Positions 49,036 through 62,269 are shown, counted from the first letter of the stretch. The stretch: DNA of 64,000 nt from Harriotta raleighana (GCA_050575255.1 JBNZDD010013723.1:5706440-5770439); one strand, 5' to 3'. Translations and numbers: made by a program. Notes: generated from the letters alone by a model not told the origin.

Positions 49036-50049
49036 CATATGGATTTGGTGTACGGTATTTTTGTCATTTTGCTGAATCATGTGTTAATGAGATAATGACT
49101 AGCAACAAACAAAATCCAGTTGATGGAGGATATTTTTAATGTTAATCAGTTTCTAAAAGTAAACCCTTGGAAACACCAAGCTTTTATTATAGAAGTGATC
49201 AGAAACACATTCATTGCATGAAATAAGAGTTGCTGGACACAGAAGAAATATTATAGCATTATGCAGAAGGCTAGATTAAGACTTCATGCCAACATTTGCT
49301 GTTAACCCAAAGCTTTATGCTATGTTACTATGACTTTTAATTTATGCCATCTAGTTACCAATTTACTGACAACCTCACAATTTACTGAGTGGAATAGTTT
49401 CATAGGATTAACTGTTAAAGCTGGACGAAGGTTGTCAAACAGTGTTCACAATAGCAAGATATACAACTGTGGCTAGTTAAACTCCAGCAATTCCCCAATG
49501 TACACTCCAAGCCTTGGCTTTTGTCAACCTTCACCTAATACAATACTTTTGAAATTAGGTAAGCAGAGTATGACCCTCCAGAGAGTGTTGTGTGCACCAT
49601 ACCAGACACAGGGAAGATTCCTTGTGGAAGTGGGATGTGTACATGGAACTTTTAAGTATGGTTTAGATACTAGTAATGGGTTTCCAGACTCTCAGCTGAC
49701 CTAAATATATGTAAATATAGAAGAGTAATGGCCCCATCATTGATCCCTTCAGGCCACTTCTGTTTATATCTCTCTAGTCTACTATAGATCATCCTGTAGT
49801 CATTTATGTTGCCTTTTGCTGCTTTGGAAGCAGCTCTGCTCTAGCTCGCTGGGGGTGGGGGGCCTGGGGGCTGAGGCTGGAACACAGTGGAAAGCTGACT
49901 GCTCTCTTCTACAGAAGTGTGCATTAAGTGATATAATTATCTGTGACCGTGATCACAATACACAGGCAACTGCCCACCGCAACAGAGCAACATATTCATT
50001 TCTGGCAGAAGCACCGCAGAGAAGAACCAAACTGTTTTCTATCAAATTA

Positions 50050-50356
50050 CAGTAAAACCTTGTTTATCTGGTATCCAACCAACTGGCATATTCAACCAAC
50101 CGGTATCTCCCGATTGTAATGGTTAGATCTGGGACACTCGCGGTATGCATTTGCACTTATTAAAGTTACCGAACCCTCGAATGCTTTTTTACTGATCATT
50201 TTACCGAGTGTGCTGGAATGTTTTATTGGTAAGTATCCATACAGTAAGTACATTTTTTATTAGGATTTTCGGCAACTTGCCGCTCGAATATCCGGCATGT
50301 TTGACTAACCAGCATATTTAAGGTCCCGAGGGTGCCGGAAAACAAAGGTTTTACTG
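50050..50356. mobile_element. Tc1/mariner-type MITE
   Basis: TIRs cagtaaaaccttgtttatc / gaaaacaaaggttttactg, TA on both sides; homologous to 5510-5911. Confidence 0.87.
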
Positions 50357-50397
50357 TATATTGTTAAGAGGATTTGAAGGAATTCAACACAATGCCA

Positions 50398-50757
50398 AAC
50401 CTCCTAACCCCCTACCAACCTGCCCACCCACTCCGCTCAGCAAGCTCCCACCTGCTCCATGTCCCCCGACCCACCAGCCCCACCATTGGTGGGCGAGCCT
50501 TCAGCCACTCTGTCCCTAACCTCTGGAACTCCATTCCATAGTCCCTCCGCTTTGTTCCCTCCATGGCCTCCTTCAAGTCCCGCCTCAAGACCCTCCCCTT
50601 CGACGGTCCCATCGATCACCCCAAACCCCCCACTTTCCCTCCAGCTTCCCCATACTTGACCCCAGTTCGGGTCTGAAACAGTGATTGTCCAGTGATGGAC
50701 TTGGGACGTCCTCCTAACGTGAAAGGCGCTGTACAAGTGTTATTTTGATGTTGTTGT
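50398..50757 (+). mobile_element. L2 LINE 3' fragment
   Basis: YQPAHPLRSA...TIGGRAFSHSVPNLWNSIP.SLR...FKSRLKT plus L2 terminus. Confidence 0.85.
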
Positions 50758-53700
50758 ATAAATATAATTTTGTTGTTTGTTGTTGTTGTTAGGGAGTTGC
50801 CAGCTTTTGGAATGAAGGATTATCGAGGTTTTACCATAATCCCCTATGTGTGTGGTCTCTGTGTTTGTATCAGTTATTTTTACCGTGGAAGTGATACCGA
50901 TGATGTCACGAGGTCTTCGGTTACATCTGCATTCACAGCAGTCTCATCCTGGTTATTTTTGCTGGGGAATGTTCTGAGGTTTTGCTGTGCGGACTAACGC
51001 ATCATGAATCGCTTTCACAGCCTGCAATCAGCAACTTTAAACATGCCTGAAAAACGCACTCATTGGGGTCAATTTTGCGATATTTCCTAATTCTGAAATG
51101 CAAAGGCGAATCCCTCCGGTAACCAGATGCACCTCACATTGACTCAAGGGAATCTCACTCTGATTTGAAGCGCGATCCCTAGTCTGAGCAAGAATGCCTG
51201 CATTTCTCAGTTTACAAAAACCTAGACAATTCACCCCAATCTATCTACAACATCAACAATAACAACAACAAAATTACACTTGTATAGCGCCTTTCACATC
51301 AGGAGAATGTCCCAAGGCGCTGGGACATCTAGGACATTTTGTGCATGGAAAACAGTCAAACAGTCTGAGTCCCATTTAGTATCACAGACGTCCCATTGTA
51401 CAGGAGGACACAACATCAATACACAACTGTGAATAATGTATTCAGACATGTAATCACATGTAAAGTACAAATTGCTGCATAAATGATCTTCATGGTATGG
51501 TGGTGGACATTATTATAGAATACCTTGCACTTGCATCAGAAAGCAGGAACTTTCGCTTAACCATCGCTGTGCGCAATTTGGCTGCCGCGTTTCGCCCACA
51601 AATATACAGTCAGTTTTTCCTGCTTTTCTTCCCCCTCCCCCTCCCCCCACTTGACTGTACAGCGCCTTGGGACGTCCTCCTGACGTGAAAGGCGCTATAT
51701 AAATATAATATATAAATAAATAAATAAAAATAAATCACAGCCAAAGAATACTGTAACACAAACCTACTGGGATGAGCTAACTCCACAAACCAGGGTTTGA
51801 ATCCACAGTGAAGATGCCACCTGAGTTGTCAAGTGAGCCATCATGAAAACCTTTCTTTTCATTTGTTTATTTAAAAAATTGATGTTTGGTGAGAATCACA
51901 GCTGCAAACTGTTTGCATCGAGATAATAAAGCACCAAACTGTGACTAGTACTTAGATATCGAGGGGTAAAACAGAAAAAAAATCACACAGGAACATTTAC
52001 AAGTGTAAGGTAATATCTGGATTAAAATGACATCGCTAGAAATACACCGACCACCAGCTCCAGACTAGAAAATAAGATAGAACTTGACTCATCTCACTGC
52101 AGTAACTGACATCAATACCATCACTGAAATCACTGGTGTTGGTCACTTAATTCAGAACAGTCAGCCACTGAAATCATTGCAGTCACTCATTCACTCAATT
52201 CACTGAAGTCGATCACTGAAATCACTTGACACTTAATAAACATGTTAAATTTTATTATGGGAATCCTGTTATAAATCAAATCATCTTTAGGCTAATTTAC
52301 TGTTAACATTTGTTTAACAGTTGACAATATTTAGAACAATCATCATTTACATCTTTAGTCTTCGTAGAGAAAGATTGCTGGAATCTTTCACTCTCTCTCC
52401 AGTGTGTTTTGTATGTTTTGTATTATTAAAGGTAAACTATATTATTATATACAGTATATATCAACGTATCAGCACTAGTAGTAATGAGCACAAATCATAG
52501 TCCCTGGCATGGATTCTCTATTCTGTGCAAGGTGGATCATACAAGGCTCCACAGAATAGTTGTGTGAATCACAACAGCAAAATTACATTTATAGAGTGCC
52601 TTTCATGTCGGGAGGATATAGACCATTTGTGAACAAAACATGAAAGAAATCAGCAGAGTTGAAAGCTGAACACACGTAGGTTCCAGCGCAGATGTCGTCT
52701 CCTCGAAAAGGAGCAGCATTTGTTTCGGGTACTTCTCAGGTCAACGTGTTTTGAGTAATGTTCAGTTTTTCAGGATTCCTCTGACCTTTCAGTCAAAGAG
52801 TGCAGGTAATGTGCGCTGGTGACCAGCCACCTTTGACCTTGACCAATGTATGCTCGGTAGTTTTCACTTCTTTTTTGTTCTCAGTCTTATGATCTTTTAC
52901 TGTTCGTATCACACATAGGAGATACTAGGAAATCAGACAATTATCACTAATATTTAATATTGCTAAAGAGAAACAGAATATATTTAGCAATCTGAATTTT
53001 TTTCACATATCAGACATGTACACTTCTACCATTAACTGCTGATTAATCATGGAACAGTGTTTAATTCTGGGTTAATTGAACTTTGCATCTAGTAACTACA
53101 AAACCCTAGAAGAGACAGGAAACTAGTGAATATCAGAACTGTGTGATTCACAAGAAGATAGAATTAAACACTGGTCTAGCTGAAGTGTTTTCTATTTCAC
53201 GAGGTTTCAAAGGGCTAGTGACATCAGTATCAGTGCCTTTTGGTAAAAGCCACCGTATCTCTTCTGAGAAGCTCAGACTCATGGTACTGAAAGATTGACA
53301 GATGCTCCAATCTTCGTCAAAGAATCCCATTCAAAAAGGGTGATCCCATTGAATAATTATTCTCATCGCACCGATTAATGGGGATGTTCCCAAATTTGCT
53401 GAAATTCTCAAGAACCCATTACCTTTTGGAATACCTTACTGAAAATTATTTATGATAAATGCGATTGGTCCAGTGATCAGAATAAGGACTTGAAACTGTT
53501 GTCCTGGTGACTCGACTGGCTGACTAAAGTGTGAAACCGGGGTTAGATTTAATGGTGTAAAACTGTGATTTTAACCGTGCCTCTACTTATTGCACATGTA
53601 CTCTTACATTTGAACACTCAATTTGTAAGGGTACGCAATCAAAGTCTAAAGAATATTTTAGAGAACGCGATGTAGATCAAGACTGCTGCTGTACGTCCTG

Positions 53701-53963
53701 GTACTCTGAGTAGCTTCGGAATCCGCTCCATCCCGTGAAAACGTGTCGTGCCGGAGGTTGCTCCATCCAACAATCCAAGTTATCCCTATCATCCCACTGA
53801 GGCCTAGCAAGTGAAGGTCATTGGGGGTCACCAGGGTCATTGTATGGACCCCCCCCCCCCCAGCCGAGACCTATTATCTGAATATATAGAAATAGACCGA
53901 CCAATCTTGTTCTTTTTTCACTCTACCCTCCCCCTCCTCAGGCGAGTCCCACACCGACGGCGC

Positions 53964-54072
53964 TTAAGCAGTGGACAACATAGTGGACGTGAAGATCTGT
54001 TGTAGAATCTGTGGGATCTGCTTGGTGTCCATGGCAACAAACGACCGCCCAGCCGGTAGAGTCCTCTGGAGC
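53964..54072 (-). CDS. VWA8: von Willebrand factor A domain-containing protein 8, last coding exon
   Basis: ctgcag acceptor; (R)LQRTLPAGRSFVAMDTKQIPQILQQIFTSTMLSTA then TAA; 109 nt, phase fits. Confidence 0.95.
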
Positions 54073-54919
54073 CTGCAGGTCAGAGCAAATTAACATTGCA
54101 AATTACGTGGTCCGCCTGCCTGCCCGCCCGTCCGGGAAAAAGCCAAAGAGCTTTTCGAAAGTGTTTTTTTTAAAAAAAGGAAGTTTTTGTTGCTGAATAC
54201 GTGAACAATACACACCATTCTTTCACACATTGTGACACGACCGGTAGCATGGGAAAGGGCCAGTGGGAGGAAGCACTAAAAGTGGTATGAATGCTAGGCT
54301 CTTGTTGAGAAACACAACTAGTTTTCTTCTATGGGGGCTGGCATTCAGAAATCACGCTTCACGGCTCAGCTCAACAAAGGCAATCTGCAACTTTGTATGA
54401 ATGAAGTTAGACACTGTTTAAAGCCTTTGCCTCACATTGAATGTAGCTATTCTGGGAACAAAACTTGAAAGAATGTGAGGGCATTGGCCATCTGCAAATC
54501 CCTGAACTCACCCTGATCCTTCAAACAGTTGAGAGCTATTAATTTTAACACTTAAAAATTTATAATGCTACAGTCTTTTCATAAGAAGAATAATAATCCT
54601 TGCATTTGAAATAGTACCTTATCATGCTGTCCAGACATCTCAAAACGCTTCACAGAACATTATTTCAAGTGGATTGACCGTGTGTTTATACAATTATAAA
54701 TATTTGTTATATATTTATTGAATGGTTTATTATACCATTCTGTATGGGTCTGTAATGTTCCTTACTCAGCAATAGCATAACTTTTGTTCTATCAAAATGG
54801 AGCAGGGACTTGGGACATCCTCCTGATGTGAAAGGCGCGATACAAATGTAATTTTTTGGTTGTTGTAAGTGAGTTACATTTTGGAAACAATGTTCTAAAT
54901 AGTAAGAATGCTGGAAAGT

Positions 54920-55457
54920 AATAATAATAATTCTTGTATTTGATATAATGCTTTTCACACCTTCTAGATGTCTTAAAACGTTTCACAGAATATACTGTAA
55001 ACTGAATTGACTACTTGTGGGCGAAAAAAGGCAGCTAATTAATAATAATAATAATAATAATCCTTGCATTTGATATAGCGCTTTTCACATCTTATCAACG
55101 TCCCAAAGCGCTTCACAGAATATACTGTAAAGTGAATTGACTGTATATTTGTGGGCGGAATGCGGCAGCCAATTGCGCACAGCAGTGTCCCACAAACAGT
55201 CATAGATNCGAACACAGGCCTCATGCTTGTAAGGCATGTAAGGCGAGTGCTCTAACCACTGAGCCACAGGAGCTGCGCACAGCAGTGTTGCACAAACAGT
55301 CGTGGATTGAAGTGATCAATTTTATTATTGTTTCTTTTTCTTGAGGGTTTATTATCAGGCATGTGGAATAAGGAAACTTGCACAAGGTTTTGCCCTGCTG
55401 GGAATCAAACCCAGGTTTCTCGCTTGCAAGGCAAGTGCTCCAACCACTGAGCTATCT
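54920..55457 (-). mobile_element. Older SINE with a young SINE (55040-55274, broken by one N) nested inside
   Basis: Host split at gcagctaatt|gcgcacagcag; the insert carries the tgtaaggca duplication. Confidence 0.8.
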
Positions 55458-55478
55458 GGCTGGACCTCACATTATTTT

Positions 55479-57450
55479 ACCGCTCCGCCCTATCCTCCGC
55501 CAAATCGTCCTTCTACTCCAAGATAATCCTGGAGGCGAAGGACAACCCCCAGCTTCTCTTCTCCACCACCAACCAGCTCCCTAGTCCACCCTGACTCGCC
55601 TCTCAGATCCTCTCCTCGAACTCCCGCTGCAAGGAGATGCTGGATTTCCTCGAGTCTAAAATTGAGGGAATCCGCTCTGCGGTCACTGTCCCTCCAACTT
55701 CCACCCCCTCCCCACCACCCCTCCACCACACCCCGTCTCCTACCCATCCCTCCTTCTACACCTTCAATCCCATCTCCCCATCCTCTGTTAAAAAAACCAT
55801 CTCTGCAATGAAGCCCACCACCTGCTCCCTTGACCCCATCCCCATCCCGCTCCTCACTACCCAGCTCCACCTCCTAGCCCCACTAATCTCCAACACTATT
55901 AACCTGTCCCTCTCATCTGGCACTGTTCCCACTTCCCTCAAAACCGCCACTATTACCCCCATCCTAAAGAAACCTTGCCTCAATGCGTCGCAGCTATCAA
56001 GCTACCTGCCTATCTCCAACCACCACTTCCTCTCCAAGGTCCTGGAAAGAGTGGTTGCCTCCCATCTCCGCTCTTTCCTCTCAAGACACTCACTTCTCGA
56101 ACCCCTCCAATCGGGTTTCTGAGCTTCCAACAGTACGGAAACTGCTCTGGTCAAGGTCACCAACGACATCCTGACCATCAGTGACCAGGGCTCCCTCTAC
56201 CTTCTCGTCCTCCTTGACCTATCCACCGCCTTCGACACCGTCGACCGCACAATCCTCCCCCGCCTCTCCTCCCTCCTCAACCTTCAAGGCTCTGTCCCTT
56301 GACTGGTTCCAGTCTTTCCCACCGCCTTCACTTCACCGCCTTATCTTCCAACGGCTTTTCCTCCAGCCCCCGCACAGTCAAGTGCGACGTTCCCCAGGGC
56401 TCTATCCTTGGCCCCCTGCTCTTCACCCTCTATATGCTCCCCCGGGCGACATCATCCGCAGCCATGGGGTAAATTTCCACATGTATGCGGATGACACTCA
56501 ACTCTACTTCTCTGCCTCCTCCAGGAATACTGGTGTTCTGACTTCGTGTCTGACCGACATTGAATCCTGGACGAGGGTCAACTTCCTCCAACTCAACGTC
56601 AACAAGACGGAGGCCCTCCTGATTGGCTTGCGTCAGCGCTTCCGCACCCCAGGCACTGACAACATCAGCATTCAAGGCTGCTCTCTCCACCTCTCGAAGC
56701 CAGTCAGGAATCTGGGCGTCTTGTTTGATCCTGAACTGTTCTTCTTCCCTCATATCCATTCCCTGACCGGTATCGCCTTCCACTAATTCCGAAATATTGC
56801 CAGGCTCTGCCACTATCTCACCCCCCATGCTGCTGAAACCCTCATTCATGCCTTTATCATCTCCAGGCTTGACTAAGGGAACTCTCTCCTCGTCGGTCTT
56901 CCCAATTCCTCCCTTCAGAGGCTGCAGATCATTCAGAATTCTGCAGCTCATGTACTCTCCCGCACCAGGCTTCGTGACCACATCACTCCCACCCTCGCCC
57001 GTCTCCACTGGCTCCCCATCCCCCAAAGGATCGAATTCAAAATCCTCATCCTCACTTTCAAGGCCACTCATGGCCTTGCCCCCACCTATCTCTCTGACCT
57101 GTTGTCTCCCTATCAGCCTGCCCGCTCAGCAGACTCAGGCCTGCTCCACGTCCACCACTCTAACCTCCTAACCATCGGTGGCCGGGCTTTCAGCATCTCT
57201 GTCCCAACATTCTGGAACTCCATCCCGCAATCCCTCCGCCTTGCTTCCTCCCGTTCCTCCTTCAAGACCTTCCTCTTCAACTGCTCCTTCGGCTCCCCCC
57301 TGATTCTTCCCCCTCTCCCACTCTCCTTCCCCCTCCCACTAATCCCAACCCCCACCCCCCACCCCTATTCGGGTCCCGACCTGACTCAGCGCTTTGGGAC
57401 GTCCTCCTGATGTGAAAGGCGCTATACAAGTGTAATTTTGTTGTTGTTGT
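55479..57450 (+). mobile_element. L2-clade LINE, ~2 kb, 5'-truncated (RT domain with stops/frameshifts, intact 3' end), antisense in the last VWA8 intron
   Basis: CSLDPIP, ITPILKKP, LSKVLERVV, LQSGF, TETALVKVTNDI, LLDLSTAFDTVD, VPQGSILGPLLF, HMYADDTQLY, LQLNVNKTEAL, LHWLPIPQRIEFK; (TTG)n tail. Confidence 0.95.
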
Positions 57451-57508
57451 AGCTCCTTACTCCTAATTGTAAAATAGTAAAATTTGTATTGCTTCTTAAC
57501 TTGTTCCT

Positions 57509-57705
57509 TATAATAATAATAGTCCGTGCATTTGATATAGCGCTTTTCACGTCTTCTAGACGTCTCAAAGCGCTTCACAGAATATACTGTAAAGTGAATT
57601 GACTAAATTTTGCAGATGATATGTGGCAGCCAATTGCGCACAACAGTGTCCCACAAACAGTCGTGGATTGAAATAAGGAAATTATTATTTTATGAAGGAT
57701 TATTA
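57509..57705 (-). mobile_element. SINE 3' half
   Basis: Tail and Deu-like body. Confidence 0.85.
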
Positions 57706-58137
57706 CAATTGTACAATAAACATATGATTAAAACGCACTGCAGAATAGACTCAGTCAACTTCCCCAAAGATACCTTTCACCAAACTTTATTTGTTGTTAT
57801 TACTGAAAGGTTTTAATTTAAAGGCCAGCAGGACCCTGGGAAAGCTGTGAATGTGTTTTATAAGTAATGCTGGGTTATGGGTTGAGGTGGATTGATAGGA
57901 TGAGTGCTTTTAGGACCAGGGGAATCCCATGCTATCTTTCAGATTGTCAGAATGTGTGGTTCGTGTGGCGACTGAAAGAAGCTAAATTGCTTGCCAGCAC
58001 GGGTCAAACAACTACAGTAACTCAATGATGTAATTAATGATGTAACTCTGACCGTGTATAAAGCAAGCAGATCTTGGTACTCAGTGAGACAATGCTGATG
58101 GGCCACTGCTGATGTGTGTGCACAAAGACACAAGTGT

Positions 58138-58346
58138 AGAGCCAATTGCTCACAGCAGTGTCCTATCCACAATCATGGTTGAATAACCAATTTTTTTTTG
58201 CTCCAGGAAAACAATCCACCAATCACCTAACAACTGGGTTCCTACTTACAGAGGAGTGTGGAGTAGGGAAACCTGCCTAAGATTTTGCCCTGCTCGGGAA
58301 TCGAACCTTGCAAAGTGAGTGCTCTAACCTGAACCCTACGGGACTC
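58138..58346 (-). mobile_element. Long-form SINE 5' part, decayed
   Basis: ccaggaaaacaatccaccaatcacctaacaactgggttcctacttac...ggagtagggaaacctgcc. Confidence 0.7.
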
Positions 58347-58383
58347 TAAAATTGATAGCACAGTGATAGTTTAGTGCACGTAC

Positions 58384-58622
58384 CTTTCTGCCTGATCGCC
58401 CAGGGATCCGATGAAGATAGCAAAGGCATGGACCTGCGGGTTACAAGTTAACACTTGGGCAAACCTTGCAGGACTGATGCCGTACCGTTCCAGGTTGGCA
58501 TCGCTCAGCACAATCACAAAATACTCATCTGCCTCTTCTCGAGCAATCTCATGAATGGCATGTTCCGTCCCTTCGAGGGTGTGGTCACCACTCATACAAA
58601 ACTGGGCATGGGCGTGCATTGT
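58384..58622 (-). CDS. VWA8: VWA8 penultimate coding exon (VWA domain)
   Basis: 239 nt, AG/GT; TMHAHAQFCMSGDHTLEGTEHAIHEIAREEADEYFVIVLSDANLERYGISPARFAQVLTCNPQVHAFAIFIGSLGDQAE(R). Confidence 0.97.
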
Positions 58623-59106
58623 CTGGAGGAGGAAGAAACACACACTGAAGAGTCCTGAAGATTGAAAGACAGAAGTGGGAAGGCACCTAGAGACTGCTGG
58701 AAATCCACAGCAGGGCCTGCTTCATCTGAAATGTCCGTATCAGTCTGGCTGTAATTCAGTTTGATGCAAACTGTTCCCCAGGACAGACCTTAATTTTGAT
58801 GCCGTTTATTTGCTTATTTAGGGAAAGATGAAGGTTGTGCAATTGTGTGTCCGTATTTGAACTGCTCCCCAACCCCACTCCTTAGGTTTCACCCCACACC
58901 CGTCCCCCAGGCTTCACTCCACCCAATGGTCTGCGACGTTGACCTACGACCTGTGAACACCACACACCCAGCGGCTCCCTTCGCTCAGCACCTTTGCTTC
59001 GTGTCTCTGATCCACCTACCCCACTATCAGCAGGAGGGCTTTTGGCCTTTCTCCTCCCACTCTTCGGAACTGCAGGAAAGGGAAAATCAAACAACAAAAA
59101 GTTTAC

Positions 59107-59205
59107 CTTAATAATCTGTAGACGCTGCTTGTTGTCCTTTGGAATCTTGTCACTTCTGACCAGCTCGATGTTGAACCCATCTCCGGAGTGACCAACAATG
59201 TCGTA
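59107..59205 (-). CDS. VWA8: VWA8 antepenultimate coding exon; the rest of the gene lies beyond the window
   Basis: 99 nt, AG/GT; YDIVGHSGDGFNIELVRSDKIPKDNKQRLQIIK. Confidence 0.95.
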
Positions 59206-59299
59206 CTGAAGAGAGAAACAAGATCCCACGCTGTGTTAGCGCTGGCCATCCCTGTCATGTGGTCATATCACAAGTTCAATTTAGATGAGGATCATTCTT

Positions 59300-59562
59300 A
59301 TCGCCTCGCAAGCAAGATACCTGGGTTCAATTCCAGGCAGGGTGAAACCTTGGAAAAGTTTTCTTACTCCACAAGCCTGATAATTATCCCTCAAAAAAAG
59401 CCACAATAACAGTTTCAATTTAAAACTGTTTGTGCTGTGCATATTTGGCTGCTGCGCTTTGCCCACAAGTATACAATCAATTCATTTCACAGTATATTCT
59501 GTGAAGCGCTTTGAGACGTCTAGAAGATGTGAAGGGCGCTATATCAAATGCAAGGATTATTT
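59300..59562 (+). mobile_element. tRNA/Deu SINE, short form
   Basis: B box gggttcaattcc, ccttgg...agttttcttactccacaagcctgataat, tail gcgctatatcaaatgcaaggattatt. Confidence 0.82.
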
Positions 59563-62269
59563 TTATTAATATTATTATGACATATTGTATAAAGCAATGC
59601 CATGGTTACAAACACTGATCCTTCCTCAATGATATAGTCTGTGATACAGTATCTTCATTTCATCAAAAATATTTTTGTTTACCTGCAATAAACAAACAAG
59701 TGAACAAACCAGGTAGCTGGGAAATGAGCAAATGGTTAGGAAAAATGCTTTCACGCACAGAATAATTAGGATACGTAATACCCCGCCAGGAGTGGTGGTT
59801 GAGGCAGAATCCATATTGGCCTTCAAGAGGGAAACGAGCAANCAAAATATTTTTTTTACTTGCAATAGACAAACAACTGAACAAACCAGGTAGCTAGGAA
59901 ATGAGCAAATGGTTAGGAAAAATGCTTTCACGCACAGAATAATTAGGATACGTAATACCCCGCCAGGAGTGGTGGTTGAGGCAGAATCCATATTGGCCTT
60001 CAAGAGGGAAACGAGCAAATAGCTTAAAAAGAGTCAGTTACAGGGAAATGGGGAAAAGGTAAATAGGACTGAAAGGATTGCTCTTGAGAGAGTTGGCACA
60101 GACATGAAGGGCCTTTTCTGTATTCTAAATTTCTATGGTTCTAAGTGGCTGCTTTTTGAAGTGCTCTGTGATGCTGTTCGGCGTGGAGGGCGCTATATAA
60201 ATCCAAGTTGTTCTTGTTGTTTTACAGGCCTGAACTCCTCGCTTTTCTACCTTTCAGTTTATTTCCCTCATTCCTCCGCCCCCCATTTTAAGCTTTTCTA
60301 TCCCTTCTTCTTCTTCTCCCTCATGCAACATTTCCTTTCATTTCCTATGAATTTATATGTAGCATTCAATGTGTTATATCCGGTATTTCTTCCTTATAAA
60401 TAGAACTCAAACAAATTTGACTCCTCAACAATTTGTTGTTGATGAGACTTTGCTGGTGCAAATCGATTGGAACGTAAGAACATTTCACTTAATATCCACG
60501 TGCCTTATTTATTTTCGATCTCCATTTTTTTATTGCCAAGTTATCAATTTAGTTTTGTAGTGTGAGGTTTTCTCCTAGTTATCCTGGTTCATAGTCCATC
60601 CTCATCTAAATTCATCCCAAATTCAAATGAATTAAACATTTATCTCCTCGTTTTTAGGCCATCTCTGGTGCTAATAAGCTGCCAGGTTTGTTTACATGAA
60701 ATTAATTTCCTTTCCAATCAATTGCATCCTGTAAAGTGCATTAAGACATTTACCTTGTACAAAAGGCACTGAATGTAAGTTATTGTTGTAATGGAAAGTA
60801 GATAATTGAAGGGCTAATGGGAGCTAAACTCAAGTGGACACACCTAAGAATGCAGCACCATCTTTAACATTAAAATGTACATTTAATTTTGCTGACAACT
60901 GCACGCTTTGAGATGTTTCAGTGACAATGAAAAGACACTATAACAAATATAAGGATTTATAGCATTACAAAACCTGAGACTTTGCAGCAATAGCACAGAA
61001 CTAGTAAAGAAATGACTTAGAACGAGTCTCACCCCAGCAGTGTGACGAAGTTCTATGGAACACAGTCAGTAATTGTTTAAGACATTTCCACAAAATTGCA
61101 GTCCTCAGTATTAATACAGCAGTTTGAATTTCTCTCTCATCAATATAGATCAGTACAATAATATGGTTTTCTTCTCTGGCTTGGAATGTACTGTGAACGT
61201 CCTGTGCAAAACTGTTTTCTGTGTGTTGCAGTGGGGGCTGGGAATCTGTGCTAAACACAGCTCATGTCGGACTACATGTTGGAGAAACGCTCTTCAATAA
61301 ACTGATGAAGTGGATTAATGGCTTCTTTTGTACTTGCTTTGTCTGAATGCTTTATTCTAAATCTGTTGCTGGCCCACTGCCAGTTCTTTGAAAGACGATG
61401 CTAAATTCCACACAGAAATGGTGTTCTCACTCAGTGAATGCCCCGACTGTCAGTGTGGAGAAGGGCCTTCTTCATCCAGATCTCCCCTGTGATCGTGTGC
61501 TGCAAAGAGTTCAGTGGCACTGAGAAGATTCCTATGTATAATCTGTGGGTGCAGGACAGAGTATTTACTCACAGAATTTCCTATCGGGATATATAATGTA
61601 ATGTGATTGCACTAATAAATGATGAGAAAATGTCTGTGTCTGTGCGTGTGTGTGAGACGGAGTGTTCTGAGAAGTGGAGTGTTTCCCAGTTAAGGCACAC
61701 TTTCTGCAAACAACGAGCATTTATATAACATACATATGGAGCACATCCCAGACGTGTTGAAATGAATCGGATTCTTTTGAAAATATATATCAACCCTACG
61801 CACAAAGCAGCCCTTCTTCTACTGCAGTGGGAAAATAGTCCCATTGCTCACAGCACCCATCCTTATAAACACTCTGAAAGGGCATAAAACTTATGCTATT
61901 ATCGGCTAATATTTTCCAAAATCTATTATAAAATTTATATTTGGTCCTGACCCTTTGTGCACTTTGCACATTTGTCCTGTGGCCTAGGTGTATCGAAGGA
62001 GTTTATTTTATCCCATTTAGTATCAAGTATTGCTANCCACAGCACCCATCCTTATAAACACTCTGAAAGGGCATGAAACTTATGCTATTATCAGCTAATA
62101 TTTCCCAAAATCTATTCTAAAATTTATCTTTGGTCCTGACCCTTTGTGCACTTTGCACATTTGTCCTGTGGCCTAGGTGTATCGAAGGAGTTTATTTTAT
62201 CGCATTTAGTATCAAGTATTGCTAAATGGTTTCCTTCGAGATGTCTTTTTTCAAGGTTAATTATTTGGG

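Noticed and set aside
50780-51000. Possible snoRNA or structured ncRNA
   Set aside because: No convincing C/D or H/ACA box pair with a terminal stem
55637-57410. Reverse transcriptase ORFs as an active or domesticated gene
   Set aside because: 5'-truncated L2 with in-frame stops and frameshifts and no endonuclease domain
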